A DNA stretch of 64,000 nt from Paecilomyces variotii. Lineage: Eukaryota. The translations under genes and the position numbers were made by a program. The stretch lies in assembly GCA_004022145.1 (NCBI GenBank), contig RCNU01000006.1; one strand, written 5' to 3'. This document shows positions 1 through 12,474 of the stretch, in pieces; the first letter of the stretch is position 1, and every line of letters begins with the position of its first letter. The notes beneath the pieces were generated by a model, which was not told the origin of the DNA, ran no database searches, and worked only from the letters and a program-made list of their open reading frames with translations.

Positions 1-161
1 GGCGGACTGCACCTGGCGGATTGCACCTGGCGGACTGCACCTGGCGGATTGCACCTGGCGGATTGCACCTGGCGGACTGCACCTGGCGGACTGCACCTGG
101 CGGACTGCACCTGGCGGACTGCACCTGGCGGACTGCACCTGGCGGAATGTACCTGGCGGAC
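1..161. repeat. 14-bp minisatellite (GGCGGAYTGCACCT)n, about 11.5 copies, running off the window start
   Basis: Units start at 1, 15, 29 ... 141, 155. They are near-identical, with C/T variation at position 7 and a degenerate last full unit. Confidence 0.95.
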
Positions 162-286
162 TTGGAGATACAGACTTGGAGATCTCCAGAGAGGCTGACT
201 GAAAGCCAACCCACCTCAACACGAATCACTCCGATTTGCCATGTGATTCTGTGCTCCCCGTCCCCGCCCGGGCAACACGAAGACGA

Positions 287-597
287 CGACTTATACTTCA
301 TTGGCGACCTGGAGGTAGCCAGCTTGAAGCTGACGGATCCTTCACAGGGGTCTTCGGTGAGTAGCTGACTTGGAGCCAGCGAATCTCAACACGAACGCCT
401 CCGATGCGACGTTTCCGTGTGCCTCCTCGGACATTTAGACCCGCGGACTAACACCCTCCTGACAACGACAAATGCGACTTATACATCAAGCAACGACCTG
501 GAAGTAGCCAACTTGGAGCTGACGGATCCTCCAGGGGTCTCCGGTGAGTAGCTGACTAGGAGCCAGCGGACCTCAACGCGGACGTCTACGATACGCC
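287..597 (+). repeat. Imperfect direct repeat, about 120-bp matched block with 188-bp period
   Basis: CGACTTATAC..GACCTGGA..GCTGACGGATCC..GGTGAGTAGCTGACT..GGAGCCAGCG..CTCAAC begins at 287 and again at 475. Confidence 0.85.
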
Positions 598-741
598 AAG
601 ATGTCGTGCCGTCCTGGGCGATTTACAATCGGTTCTATAGTAGGTAGACAGGTTTGACCCTCTCTACCACTACAGTCCCAAAAGACCCATTTAAGATGCG
701 AAGACAACTGAGGAAGGAAAGCGGCTCAGGACAAGAGTTGC

Positions 742-1244
742 CTACGAGAGAGTCTTGAGTTCAGTAATGATCTCCCCGTGGAGACCTTCCTGTTCCCTCA
801 ACTTCTGCTCGAAGTCGCCTAGTGCCTTGGTGAGACCACGCTTTATCGCCTTCAGCGTCTTCAGGCTGCCTTTGCTTTCCACTAACGCCGCACACAGCTC
901 CTGCTTACGCAGTTGCTGTCCAGGAGTTAGGGTCCGCGCCGGCTTTTCCGGCTGCATCATGTCCGGCGGGACAAAAATGCCCTTGGACGCAAGTTCAGCG
1001 CGATACTCCGCATGACCCTTAAATAAGTAGTTAGTTACCATTTGTCAATCTATGAAAGTCTCAAAAGCTTACTCGCTTGCGGGCTTCGACCGCTTCCGCC
1101 TCCAGGCGCTTCCTCTTCTTCTCTGCTCGCGTCAACTATTATGTATTAGCATTGCATGGATATATAAATATTGATATGAACTATCTTACCTTCCCAGTGG
1201 GGGCCGCGGAAGGCTGCAGGGGCCTGACAGGCTGGGACGCCTGT

Positions 1245-1275
<31 letters not shown>

Positions 1276-1743
1276 ATTTTTAATCAAAAGTTTAAATTAG
1301 AAACAGGAACTCATAGATACCAGTAGGAAGCCAAAATAATCAGATTGTATAATGTGCATAGATCATTCCTTGTCGCCCCAAGCAGCCTTCTTGGCCCCCA
1401 CCGGGAGAGTTTTCGCGAGCTTTCCTAATCTTTGGTATTAGGATTGAATCTGTTAAAGGGATGACATGTATTACTAACCCATACTGTCGCTACTGTTGTT
1501 GTTGTTGTTGTTGTCGTCGTCGTTGTTGCTGCTGCTGTGGTTGCTGCTGCTGCTGTCGCTGGTGAGGAAAGAGAAAGGGAGGAGAAGGAGAATTTTGGAA
1601 GTTTTCTTTTTTTGTGGGAAAAGGGGGGTGCCAATAACACAGGAAACGACATGTGACTGAGAGAAAGGAGCGAGCACTGCTGTCCATATACGGCAAGTGG
1701 GTTGCTCCTCGCCCTTCAGGTCGACGAGAACTCGAAGGATCAT
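742..1743 (-). pseudogene. Multi-exon orphan gene with polyQ/polyN tracts, probably decayed; homology may extend to about 3110
   Basis: Canonical introns at 1018-1072, 1136-1189, 1274-1320 and 1425-1484. The last three exons join in phase (Q9PQASQPVRPLQPSAAPTGK-LTRAEKKRKRLEAEAVEARKR-GHAEYRAEL...). Exon 1321-1424 has an in-frame TGA, and upstream DNA is TAG/TpA rich. Confidence 0.5.
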
Positions 1744-3353
1744 CTCTGGTCTTCCTCGTCTCGTCTAATACTGGACGGGATTGATCCTTGTATAACGAGG
1801 ACTAGTACCAGCAAGATCCAGTGTTCTATAAGATCTATCTCTATATGTCGGGTTGGTACGTCTTTTACGGGCTAGAGTAGCAGCATTGAGGATGCTGCTG
1901 TTATCTCTGCAGAGTATTAGAAGTGTCGCAAGATCTTCTATTAGTGACGTTCTATAAGCAAGATATATAGACATTGAGAAACAGACAATATTAATTGGGC
2001 TGTTATTATTGATTTGGATCTTTTGCGAAGATTGCTCTTGGTACTAGGATACACGTTCAATCCTCACTGAAAGGGCAGGCTGATATAATAAAGAATCTGG
2101 AACGTCTCTAAGCCTATATGCTCCTTGGGATTCTCTTTGAATACCCGCGTAGGAACTAATTGTCCTGCAAAGCTTCTTAGGTTCTCTTCGGGGAAACGTT
2201 GTCTACTAAAGACGCTCGAAAACCTCTTAAACCCATGTTTTTGAATTGAGGTAAGCCTGTGATATTAAAACTCTTTCAATCAGACGTTACTCAGAGGTTA
2301 GAAAGGATCGTTCTTAACTGTTAACTGTAAACCTGATCTGAGATCTCACTGCTGGTTCTACCAGCTCCATCCAACAGGTTGACAGAATCAATTTCACTGT
2401 CTCAAATTATATTTACCCAATCGTTCCAGCAGGACGGCTTCGAGAACCCTCACTAGAGACAGTGTCATCTAACACCCAGGGACGTCTGCAGCTTAATCGC
2501 TCCTTTTGTGTTTCCAGCTGGCTGGAGGATCGATCACATGAGATTGGGAGAGGTTGTCCGCAGTTTTCGGAGAAGGAATGTGAGCCTACTCGATCTATCC
2601 ATATTTTGCTTGTGGAAAAAGGCACGCCCTGGTAGAGCTGTGGTCATGGGTACCTACCTGGTAGCTTGGAATCGGTCCCGATACCGACGACAATATAAGG
2701 AGGTGAGGAAGAGAGAGGGATAGAGAGCATGTTAGTTTGTTGTCCGTCTAGTCTATTCCGAGAGTCAACGTCGAAATAAAGTACTTGGTTCGCGTATAAA
2801 TCATAATCATAAGCTCATAAATAGCAAAACTCCTCTTTGTACGACCTGTAGATGTGTGTATGGCGTTGGCCTCAAAACATCTGTGGGGCCGCAGCTTAGC
2901 GGGTTTGCCATGCGCCAAAACGCTGCAAAATATGATAGAATAATGTTTCATGCCCCAGACCCTTATGCATCCTGCACGTGGAGTTCCGAAGATCGAGAGA
3001 TACGTAGTAGTATATCGCATTTCGCGGAACTGTATCCGCGATACTACATCCCACCTGACCGAACCGCCTGATGTCGCTCACGAGTTCATCAATACTGATG
3101 CTCGTCACGTTCGTCGACTTTGTTGGGAAGGCGGAGCAGGAAGTGCGGCTGGAGCTGAAAAATGAGGATCCATCCCTCCCCCGCTACCCGAGTTTGGTAG
3201 CGCTCACGTCCGTGGATCGGCTCTTTCCAGCTACTTAATCTTTCGCGCCAGGGGCATTGCTTCTGTTTTCATCAAAGAAGTTGTAACGGTGCCTATTTAA
3301 CGTCTCTACGATTTGAACATCATATTTCCGCTCCACGAAAAGCTCGAGCAGAA

Positions 3354-4259
3354 ATGTCTGACTACTACGGTGGACCTCCGCAGCATCACCAGTACGGCGC
3401 ACCGCCGCCTGGTGGGGGATTCGGTGGTTATCCTGGACAGCCTGGCTATCCTCCTCATGAACAAGGCCAATATGGAGCGCCTCCGCAGCAAGGATATTAT
3501 CCTCCGGTAAGTACTTTTTTTGTAGTAGTATCTCGACTGTTCTGCGCTTCCGTAGCTCTTGGGGAGCTTGTGGATAATGGTTTTGGGACGCCTGGAGAGG
3601 ACTGAATGCTGATTCTTTCGCACCAGTCACAATCGCCGTACGATCATCAGCAACAGCCGCCAGCTCCTTATGAAGGCCAGCAAGGCTATGCGCCTCCATA
3701 TGGCGGACCTCCCCAAGGTGGTCCCCCAGGATACGGATACAGCCAGGAAGGACATGCGGGTTATCCGCCCTCCGGATATCCTCAAGAGAGAGGCCACTCA
3801 CCATATCCTCCCCAGCACCAGGGAGAAGCAGCATCATACTATGGTGGCCAAGTACCACCGCAGGAACATGCGGCAGCCTACCCTGGGGCTCCGGGTGCAG
3901 AAGGTGAAAAGGGTCTAGGCGCGTCATTGTTGGGTGCTGCTGGGGGCGGTTTCGCTGGACATAAGATTGGGGGTGGAGCTCTAGGCACGATTGGCGGTGC
4001 CCTGATCGGTGCTGTTGGCGCCAACGTGCTGGAAAATAAAGCCAAGAAGTGAGTATCGAAGTCTTTTCCAGTGTAAAAAGGCAATGTCGAATTTCCCTAA
4101 CTTGTCTTCTTTTCCAGGCACAAGAAGCATAAGAAGAAGCACAGCAATGATCATCACGGGCACCATGGCCACAGTCACGGTCACAGCCATCACAGCCACA
4201 GCCGACACAAGTCAAGCTCAAGCTCAAGCTCGAGTTCCAGTAGCAGCGACAGCAACTAA
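3354..4259 (+). CDS. Glycine-zipper 2TM protein with P/G/Y/Q-rich N-terminus and His/Ser-rich tail (3 exons)
   Basis: Introns 3507-3626 and 4049-4117. Motif GLGASLLGAAGGGFAGHKIGGGALGTIGGALIGAVGANVLE; the last exon reads HKKHKKKHSNDHHGHHGHSHGHSHHSHSRHKSSSS..DSN*. Confidence 0.85.
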
Positions 4260-7200
4260 GATCCCAGCACAGTTCCTATTCTTCAGCTGAAAGATGCTGC
4301 TGTTTCCATATCGGGTGTCTACTTTCCGATAGATTGATACACACGGTTTGATCAAACAGTTCTCTTCTCCAGAGGAAGTGTATGACCCATTCACAGACTC
4401 CTCTGCTGACGCTGCGCGTTTCTATGTGTCATTTTTGTTTCGCCTGATTGTTCCTGTATCCATACTGAGTATTGTCAAACTCGCACTATCACTAGCAGTG
4501 AGAATGATGTGTGGTTGTCAAACGGTTATTGTTAACAGCATGAACTGAGCTTCTTGAGCATAATGGTAGTTGTAGGACCGTATCGCTCGGTATCAGCCGA
4601 GCTGGCCACCGATGGTGGCAAATGTTCCTGACGTACGGAAGTAGGCGACTAGTTCACCTCCACAGCGGGCCTAGTTGGGTCTGACATCGTCGGCAGAGTC
4701 AATTCCGTAGTGGGCTGCTGTTTGAAATCGACACGATCTGAATAATTAGCCTGTGCCAATGACAGTTTCTGTTATTCAATCCTTCTCTAACCGCAAACTT
4801 GAGGCGGGAATAATGGAGAATACAAAATCGCCACAGCTAGAAGTAGAGGAATGACAGTATAGAATTACAACGAAAGACGAGGCTATCGAAATAAGATCAT
4901 GATGATATCTGCTGGACGTCCAGGTTGTCTGCAAACAGGTCACAGGTAGAAATCAGCATGGACAATGACGCTGTTTTTGAGGGGTCGAAAGAGCAGAAGG
5001 TGGCCAGAGTTTAAGTTTCCTGGTAAAGGGAAGACATGATGTCTGTTAGATCTTGCAGTGAGTGTCAACGCCACCGGGATCTTGCGACAGAGGAGAAGCA
5101 GAACGAAAACTGTATTGCTGACAGTTTTGGCCAGCAATCAGAGCGAAGAAAAGACCAATGAACTCTGTTTTGCTCTGAAGCGTTCGAGAAGGACGTTCTT
5201 CTACCTAGATTCGAGGAGAACTGCTCTAATGGCCATTCGATTGGATGTTGTATTAGTGCAACTCCAGAATTTTAGAGCCAGACGAAGAACAAGAATAGTT
5301 TCATCAAACCACTAGTCTAGTCCAATTCAAGGCGCCTAGCGACGTAACAGACTGTGGCGACAGGGATAGGATATCAAACAAAAGCGTGATGAATCTGTGG
5401 CCGTAAGAATGTCCCGAAAGATATTCCGCAATGATTGGACGCTACTTCCGAGTTCAAATCGATGGCCATCTTGGTATGATCCAGATGCGAAAATGTATGG
5501 ATTTTCCTCGGACTCTCCAGGAGGAAATTCGTCGTCCGAGACAGGACGAAAATGGAAAAGAACAAGCTTGTGACTGCAGGTGCAGCGTTAAGGTTACTCC
5601 GACCCACTCCGACCGGCGACCCGGCTTTTCTTCGCGCCTTTGTTTCGCCGACTTTTCGCGGGGGATAAGGGATAAGGAGGGTGGAGATGCATCTGGAATC
5701 TGGAGAAAAGGGGGCCGTCAACACGACCGTGCAGAGTTCTTCTCGTGTTAACTAGACACCCTAGTAAAGCCTGGGAGATACTTCGATAAGCACGATAAGG
5801 GATACCTAGTAGTGATCCCCAGCCCAGCTGCATCGAGCAGTTAGCGGGATCTCCCTGTCACTTTGGTCAATCATTCGTACTCTACGCAAACAGGGATTCC
5901 ATTCTCAAGCGGTGAGCAGGGCTGTTGTGTTCCAAGGCTGACCGCAACTATTCCTTCATGCCATAGGCCCTGGAAACTCACAAGTCAGGAATCACGAAGT
6001 GGCGGTCATAAATTTCCCCCCTCAGTTAACTAGACGGGCAGCTCCTTCATTATTATTACGAGTGCAGGCATGTGTCTGGGCAACTTTTCCTTCAACAAGC
6101 CGCCAGCCATAACCGGCGTTACCAAGGCAGGGAGAAGGGCTTTTTGGCATGAGCACCTAGAACGGACCGAGTTTGTTTCGCTCCCCAGGTTTGGTAGTCC
6201 TCGAGAGCATCGCTCTAGATCCTGGAGATCCAGACGAGCACACCTTAGACTACTTTTTCCGGACATGAGTTTCTGTCGGCCGAAGGTTAATAAACATCTT
6301 GTACGGACTATGGTAAGCAAACATGACGAAGAGCGCGTAACATTCCCATGGCGCTCCAGAGTCTAAAGTCGGGACAACAGAGTTTTGATCCGAGAAGTCT
6401 GCGCCACCGACTCGGGACGGTCGATCCCAGGGTGGCGACAGAAATAGATCGGGTCCTGGGGAACTGTATGTGTTGTTAGAAATCCATGTAGCGTTGTTAA
6501 GGGGGTTACAATGCCAGATGTCCAAGGTCCAGTCCAGCCGTTCAGGGCGGATCAAGGGATAGACAAGGATGAAGCAGGGATTGGGCCCAACACATCACTT
6601 TCATGACTGTCAAGCGGTCGCCGACACATGCAAGCGAAATGGGGTGAGATTGGCCGGGCAGAGGGCTCCGTAGTTCACAGCACCGCCGCGTATTCGACAG
6701 TAGAGTTGTATCCGACCTATGGTATCAGGTATTCTGACGGAGCAGCAGTTGTGAGCTTCTCCCCAGACACCGTAGCCACTCGGAACCAAGAATGACAAAC
6801 CAGCAAGAAAAAAAATAAAATTCCTTTTTTCCAACCCTTTCGCTCCGTAGATCTTCCAGAACGCGCTGGTTTTTCGGCGCTGACAGTATCTGATTCCCAA
6901 TATCCGTCTGTCTCCCCGCCGACGATTCGCCTGAACGGCAGATGGTGGCCAATCAGCGACAAGGGATTGTGGCGGGCGGTCGTGTCCATATCCGGACTAG
7001 CGCCGACAAGGTTCTTCGCCACCAGTGACCAATCGGGTTTAGCGCGGGACAGCGAGAAAAAAAAAATTTCCTCCTGCTGGCGAGCGGTTGGGCGGGCGAG
7101 GGGCCACACAGCGATAAATATCTTTGCCAGCCCGCGCACCCCTCCTTTCTTTCCCATCTTCCTCTCTCTCTCCCATATTTCCTCTTTCATACCATACAGA

Positions 7201-7458
7201 GGCTTTGGTCCTCTTGCTGTTCTCTTTCCTTGTCTTCTGCTTAGACAGAATAGATCTCGTACCGGCCGCTTAGAGCGCATTCTGCGTCGAGAGGACGCAG
7301 TCACCGTGGGCCGCCACCTTATCATCGAGATACCCGGATAGAACGATTTTTGCACGACCTCGTCGCATCTTTCTATCTTTCCCGCGCTCTTAATTTCGCC
7401 TTTTCATACCATTTCTTCTTCCGACGTTATTCAAAAAGTCGCCAAAATTTCGTCCAAA

Positions 7459-10400
7459 ATGCCCGCCGTCGACGTTTCTTCCGTTCCCGCCGTTTCTGGC
7501 AAGGAGACCGCTCAGTCGGTTGCCGTGCTCGAGGATCTCCTCAAGAACCTCAGCGTCTCCAAGACCCCTGATGAGGTCAACGCTGCGACCAGCAACATTG
7601 CCTCTCTCTTCAGCGGCCCTATCGACGAGAAGGTCCTGCCCGCCAAGGCTGTCGAGGCCTTCAAGAAGCAGCTCGCCAACAAGAAGGATGCTGCTGCCCG
7701 TGAGCACGCCCTGGAAGCCATCCGGGCTATCGCTCAGGAGCCCAACCTGGCTTCTGGTGTCGAGCCTTACCTCGTCAGCCTGCTGGGCCCCGTTCTGACT
7801 GCCGTCAGTGACAAGATGGTTCCTGTCAAGAACGCTGCTCAGACCACTGCCATCGCCATCGTCAAGGGCATCAACCCCAACGCTGTCAAGGCCGTTCTGC
7901 CTCCCATCATCAACTCTCTCGCCACTGCCCAGAAGTGGCCTGAGAAGATCACTGCTCTGGAGGCCATCGAGGCTCTCGTCGAGAGCGCCCCCGTTCAGCT
8001 GTCCTACCGTGTGCCTGACCTGATCCCGGTTGTCTCCGAGTCCATGTGGGACACCAAGCCCGAGGTCAAGAAGGCTGCCTACGGCACCATGGAGAAGATC
8101 TGTGGTCTGATCGTCAACAAGGATATTGAGCGCTTCATTCCCGAGCTCATCAAGTGTATCGCCAAGCCGGAGAACGTCCCCGAGACTGTCCACCTGCTGG
8201 GTGCTACTACCTTCGTCACTGACGTCCACGAGCCTACCCTGGCCATCATGGTTCCTCTGCTGGACCGTGGTCTCGTTGAGCGTGAGACCGCCATCAAGCG
8301 AAAGTCCGCCGTTATTGTCGACAACATGTGCAAGCTGGTCGAGGACCCCCAGATTGTCGCTGCTTTCTTGCCCAAGTTGATGCCCGCTCTTCAGAAGAAC
8401 TACGAGACCCTGGCCGACCCCGAGGCCCGTGAGAAGACCAAGCAGGCCTTGGACACTCTGATCCGTGTCGGTGATGTCAAGGACGGCAAGATCCCTGAGG
8501 TTTCCAAGGCCGGTGACATCGCCACCGTCTCTGCTATCCTCAAGGAGATCCTTGAGCCCAAGTTCAAGGCTGTCATTCCTCAGTCTGAGTCCATCATCGA
8601 CTACATCGCCGCCATCGCCGGTCAGCTCGTTGATGAGAAGAACAACGAGGTTGTCAGCTGGACTGAGAACACCCTCCCCTACATCACTGCTCTTGTCGGC
8701 GAGAAGGAGGCCAAGCCTATCGCTGAGGCCCTCCGCAAGCGTGCCGCTCCTGGTGCTGAGGCCGAGGATGAGGTCGCCGAGGACGAGGAGGAGGGCGAGG
8801 ACCTCTGCAACTGCACCTTCAACCTGGCGTACGGTGCTAAGATCCTGCTGAACCAGACCCATCTGCGTCTCAAGCGTGGTCAGCGTTACGGTCTTCTCGG
8901 TCCCAACGGTTCCGGAAAGTCCACCCTTATGCGCGCCATCAACAACGAGCAGGTCGAGGGTTTCCCTAAGAAGAGCGAGGTCAAGACTGTCTTCGTCGAG
9001 CACGACCTGGACTCTGCCGATACTGAGCAGACCGTTATTGGCTGGACCATGAAGAAGCTGGCCGAGGCCGGTGTCACGGCCGACCAGAAGACTGTCGAGG
9101 ACAAGCTGGCCGAGTTCGGTTTCCTCCGTGAACAGTTCGAGAGCCCCATCACCTCCCTCTCTGGTGGTTGGAAGATGAAGCTGGCTCTTGCCCGTGCCGT
9201 CTTCGAGGAGCCCGACATTCTCCTGCTGGACGAACCCACCAACCACTTGGACGTCAAGAACGTCGCCTGGTTGGAGCAGTACCTCATCAACTCCCCTTGC
9301 ACGTCCATCATCGTCTCCCACGACAGCAAGTTCCTGGACAACGTCATCCAGCATGTTATCCACTACGAGCGCTTCAAGCTTAAGCGCTACCGTGGTACCC
9401 TGAGCGAGTTCGTCAAGAAGGTCCCCTCTGCTCGCTCTTACTACGAGCTTGGTGCCTCCGAGATGGAGTTCAAGTTCCCCGAGCCTGGTTTCTTGGAGGG
9501 TGTCAAGACCAAGGCCAAGGCCATCGTTCGTGTCACCAACATGTCCTTCCAGTACCCTGGTACTCCCAAGCCCCAGATCGAGAACATCACCTTCCAGTGC
9601 TCGCTCGGTTCTCGTATTGCCGTCATTGGTCCTAACGGTGCCGGAAAGTCTACCCTGGTCAACGTCCTGACCGGTGAGCTGATCCCCACTTCCGGTGAGG
9701 TCTACCACCACGAGAACATCCGTATTGCCTACATCAAGCAGCACGCTTTCGCCCACATCGATAACCACCTCGACAAGACTCCCTCCGAGTACATCCAGTG
9801 GCGTTTCCAGACCGGTGAGGACCGTGAGACCATGGACCGTGCCAACAAGCAGGTCACCGACGAAGATGAGAAGGCCATGGACAAGATCTACAACATCGAG
9901 GGCACTCCCCGTCGTGTCATCGGTATCCACTCCCGTCGCAAGTTCAAGAACTCCTACGAGTACGAGTGTTCGTTCGCCCTGGGTGAGAACATCGGCATGA
10001 AGAGCGAGAAGTGGACTCCCATGATGACCGCTGACAACGCCTGGATTCCCCGTAACGAGATCATCCAGACCCACGCCAAGATGGTCGCTGAGGTCGACCA
10101 GAAGGAGGCCCTCGCCAGCGGTCAGTTCCGTCCCCTTGTCCGTCGCGAGATCGAGCAGCACTGCGCCAACTTCGGTCTCGATGCTGAGCTTGTCTCTCAC
10201 TCCCGCATGCGCGGTCTGTCCGGTGGTCAGCGTGTCAAGGTCGTCCTGGCCGCCTGCTCCTGGCAGCGTCCTCACCTGATCGTCCTGGACGAGCCCACCA
10301 ACTACCTCGACCGTGACTCTCTGGGTGCCCTGTCCAAGGCTATCAAGTCCTTCGAGGGCGGTGTCATCATCATCACCCACTCCAAGGAGTTCACTGAGAA

Positions 10401-10662
10401 CCTCACCGAGGAAGTCTGGGCCGTCATGGATGGTAAGATGACCCCCTCCGGTCACAACTGGGTCCAGGGTCAGGGCTCCGGTCCTCGTCTCACTGAAAAG
10501 GAAGGCGATGGAGAAGTAAAGCGCGATGCACTCGGAAATATCATAGAAGAGACGAAAAAGAAGCAGAAGTTGTCTTCTGCTGAACTTAGAAAGAAAAAGA
10601 AAGAGAGGATGCAGCGTCGGAAAAGGGGCGAGGAGGTGTTCTCTGATGAGGATGAGTTCTAA
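7459..10662 (+). CDS. tef3: Translation elongation factor eEF3 (HEAT repeats, two ABC domains, chromodomain insertion), intronless
   Basis: 1067-aa ORF with two Walker A motifs ([18 protein letters not shown]), LSGG signatures, LDEPTN Walker B motifs and a Lys-rich C-terminus; extreme C/G-ending codon bias. Confidence 0.98.
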   Translation: MPAVDVSSVPAVSGKETAQSVAVLEDLLKNLSVSKTPDEVNAATSNIASLFSGPIDEKVLPAKAVEAFKKQLANKKDAAAREHALEAIRAIAQEPNLASGVEPYLVSLLGPVLTAVSDKMVPVKNAAQTTAIAIVKGINPNAVKAVLPPIINSLATAQKWPEKITALEAIEALVESAPVQLSYRVPDLIPVVSESMWDTKPEVKKAAYGTMEKICGLIVNKDIERFIPELIKCIAKPENVPETVHLLGATTFVTDVHEPTLAIMVPLLDRGLVERETAIKRKSAVIVDNMCKLVEDPQIVAAFLPKLMPALQKNYETLADPEAREKTKQALDTLIRVGDVKDGKIPEVSKAGDIATVSAILKEILEPKFKAVIPQSESIIDYIAAIAGQLVDEKNNEVVSWTENTLPYITALVGEKEAKPIAEALRKRAAPGAEAEDEVAEDEEEGEDLCNCTFNLAYGAKILLNQTHLRLKRGQRYGLLGPNGSGKSTLMRAINNEQVEGFPKKSEVKTVFVEHDLDSADTEQTVIGWTMKKLAEAGVTADQKTVEDKLAEFGFLREQFESPITSLSGGWKMKLALARAVFEEPDILLLDEPTNHLDVKNVAWLEQYLINSPCTSIIVSHDSKFLDNVIQHVIHYERFKLKRYRGTLSEFVKKVPSARSYYELGASEMEFKFPEPGFLEGVKTKAKAIVRVTNMSFQYPGTPKPQIENITFQCSLGSRIAVIGPNGAGKSTLVNVLTGELIPTSGEVYHHENIRIAYIKQHAFAHIDNHLDKTPSEYIQWRFQTGEDRETMDRANKQVTDEDEKAMDKIYNIEGTPRRVIGIHSRRKFKNSYEYECSFALGENIGMKSEKWTPMMTADNAWIPRNEIIQTHAKMVAEVDQKEALASGQFRPLVRREIEQHCANFGLDAELVSHSRMRGLSGGQRVKVVLAACSWQRPHLIVLDEPTNYLDRDSLGALSKAIKSFEGGVIIITHSKEFTENLTEEVWAVMDGKMTPSGHNWVQGQGSGPRLTEKEGDGEVKRDALGNIIEETKKKQKLSSAELRKKKKERMQRRKRGEEVFSDEDEF

Positions 10663-11552
10663 AAAACCAATTTGCAGCACGATTAACGGAGTTATGGCTA
10701 TGTTTTGACGTTTTCTTTGTTTTTGAAGCTTTTTAGATAGAAAGTTCACGATAGCGGTAACTATCGGCAGAATAAAATCACGTGATGCAATTCAAAAGAA
10801 CCATTATGTCGCAAGGCAGTGCAGAAACTAAGTACCCGTCGTATCAGGTGCCTGGCTACTCAGCCAATCCGTGTCAAGAAGTAACTGCATTCTGTAGCTG
10901 TTTGCCTATGTGCTTTCTATCGGTTTTGTTGTCTTACTCTTGTCTGCTTTTGCTTCTAGGTACCTACGTTTATTCTGATCAAGAGGGGTCTGGCTTAGGT
11001 ACCGTAATTGCGACTTCTACTCTTTCCTTTCCACTAGACTGCTTAAATCTCAACCATCGTCATAAGGATTTAAAGACACGGAGAATTGAGCGGGGGATTT
11101 GAATGAAAAGTAAATAAGGCCGTATGCGAGCAGATCGAAAAGATTCTCTTTGTTGAAAAATCCATTGCGTAGCTTGGCTAGGCATCATTGAAAGACATGG
11201 CTATATTCCGTTTTCCTGTCTAACCTCTGATCGTTTGTATGGGGATCTTCTTTCGTGTCCCGAGTCCTGGCCGCTCATCCATCACCCCCTGACCTACAGT
11301 GGTTTTGATCGTACCTTTTTCATCAAAATACCATCGATTCCTGCCTACTTGACTGTGAGTTCATCTGCTCTATTAAGTTCACTAGCTTATCACTTGTCTA
11401 CAAGTGAGTTCGAGTTACCCTCCCTTACCTCACTGCCTCTTCAGGTTTATCAAGGTCTCACTTCGTCTCATCAAAACTTTGCGTCGTCTCATCGGTTTCA
11501 TCATTCTTGTGTCCTTGGAAGGTCCTAACCCGCTGTAGATAAATTGCCAGCT

Positions 11553-12321
11553 ATGGAAGACCACCAGCTTTTGAATCACAGCAACAGCGCACGTTTCTTC
11601 CATTGGCGCTATCGAGAGGTATGGACGAGAGTGACTTTCGTGGCCAAATATTAACATGGGCATAGGCCGAGAAACTCTTAAACAACGGGAATGAAGAAGA
11701 TGGCGACAAGGCAGAGGAAACATGCAGAGAACTTCTGCTGGAAGCAACGCTTCCACTATATATCCGCGCCCGATGCCATACTTTACTGGCTGTCTGCGAT
11801 GGAAACTATCTGTGAGACAATCTGCCCTTGACCCAAGTCTACAGCGTTTCTTCTGACATTATCAGTTACCACGCACGGAAAGCTCTCCACCTCTACCAAG
11901 AGTTTGCTGCTGATGAACCGCACCTAAAAGTATGGCAAGAGGGTCCCTTTGAAGAGTTCGCTGCTGATGAACCGTATTTAAGGTATGGCAAGAGGCGAGC
12001 GAGGCAATGAAGGAAATTGTTCGAGTTGCGGAGGAAGACTGGGAGAAAGAACATGGCACGATCCCTCCTGACAGCACTGAAATAGGATCAGGCGCTGGGG
12101 CTGAAGCTCAAGCTGGCCTATCTACGAGGAGCTTAGGCGAATCGACGAAAGGGCCTCTTGCAAGCCTGCAGCGCACTACTCGTGTCGGCCGTCAAAAGAC
12201 TGATGAAACTGCTACAGCCAGTGCTTTCAGTAGCGGGGATATGGAGACCTCGCCAGCTTCATCTCACGGGATACATGAAGCCGCCAGGATGGATTCAGAT
12301 GAGCAAAGTGGCACAGAGTAA
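11553..12321 (+). CDS. Small helical hypothetical protein, paralog A (4 exons)
   Basis: Exons 11553-11618, 11666-11811, 11866-11929, 11983-12321. The spliced product MEDHQLLNHS..AEETCRELLLEATLPLYIRARCHTLLAVCD..EPHLKVWQE.. is colinear with the gene at 18839. Confidence 0.75.
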
Positions 12322-12474
12322 CCAATCAGGTGAGGGAGGTATCCCGGCCTCCACGCTTAGCGGACGTGTCTCTGGCTATGTATCTACTTGCGGCCTGTCT
12401 TATACAGCTTAACTGTGTAGACTTATAAAAGTTGCCCGCGGGTAGAAGGGGTTACTATCAGAATAAGAAAGAGA

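Noticed and set aside
1..161. CRISPR-like array
   Set aside because: The units are contiguous with no unique spacers, and the context is eukaryotic.
3235..4227. 330-aa minus-strand ORF
   Set aside because: Antisense to a spliced plus-strand gene with clear intron signals.
7390..10749. 1119-aa antisense ORF over eEF3
   Set aside because: A shadow frame produced by the strong codon bias of eEF3 (few TTA/CTA/TCA codons); no recognisable motifs.
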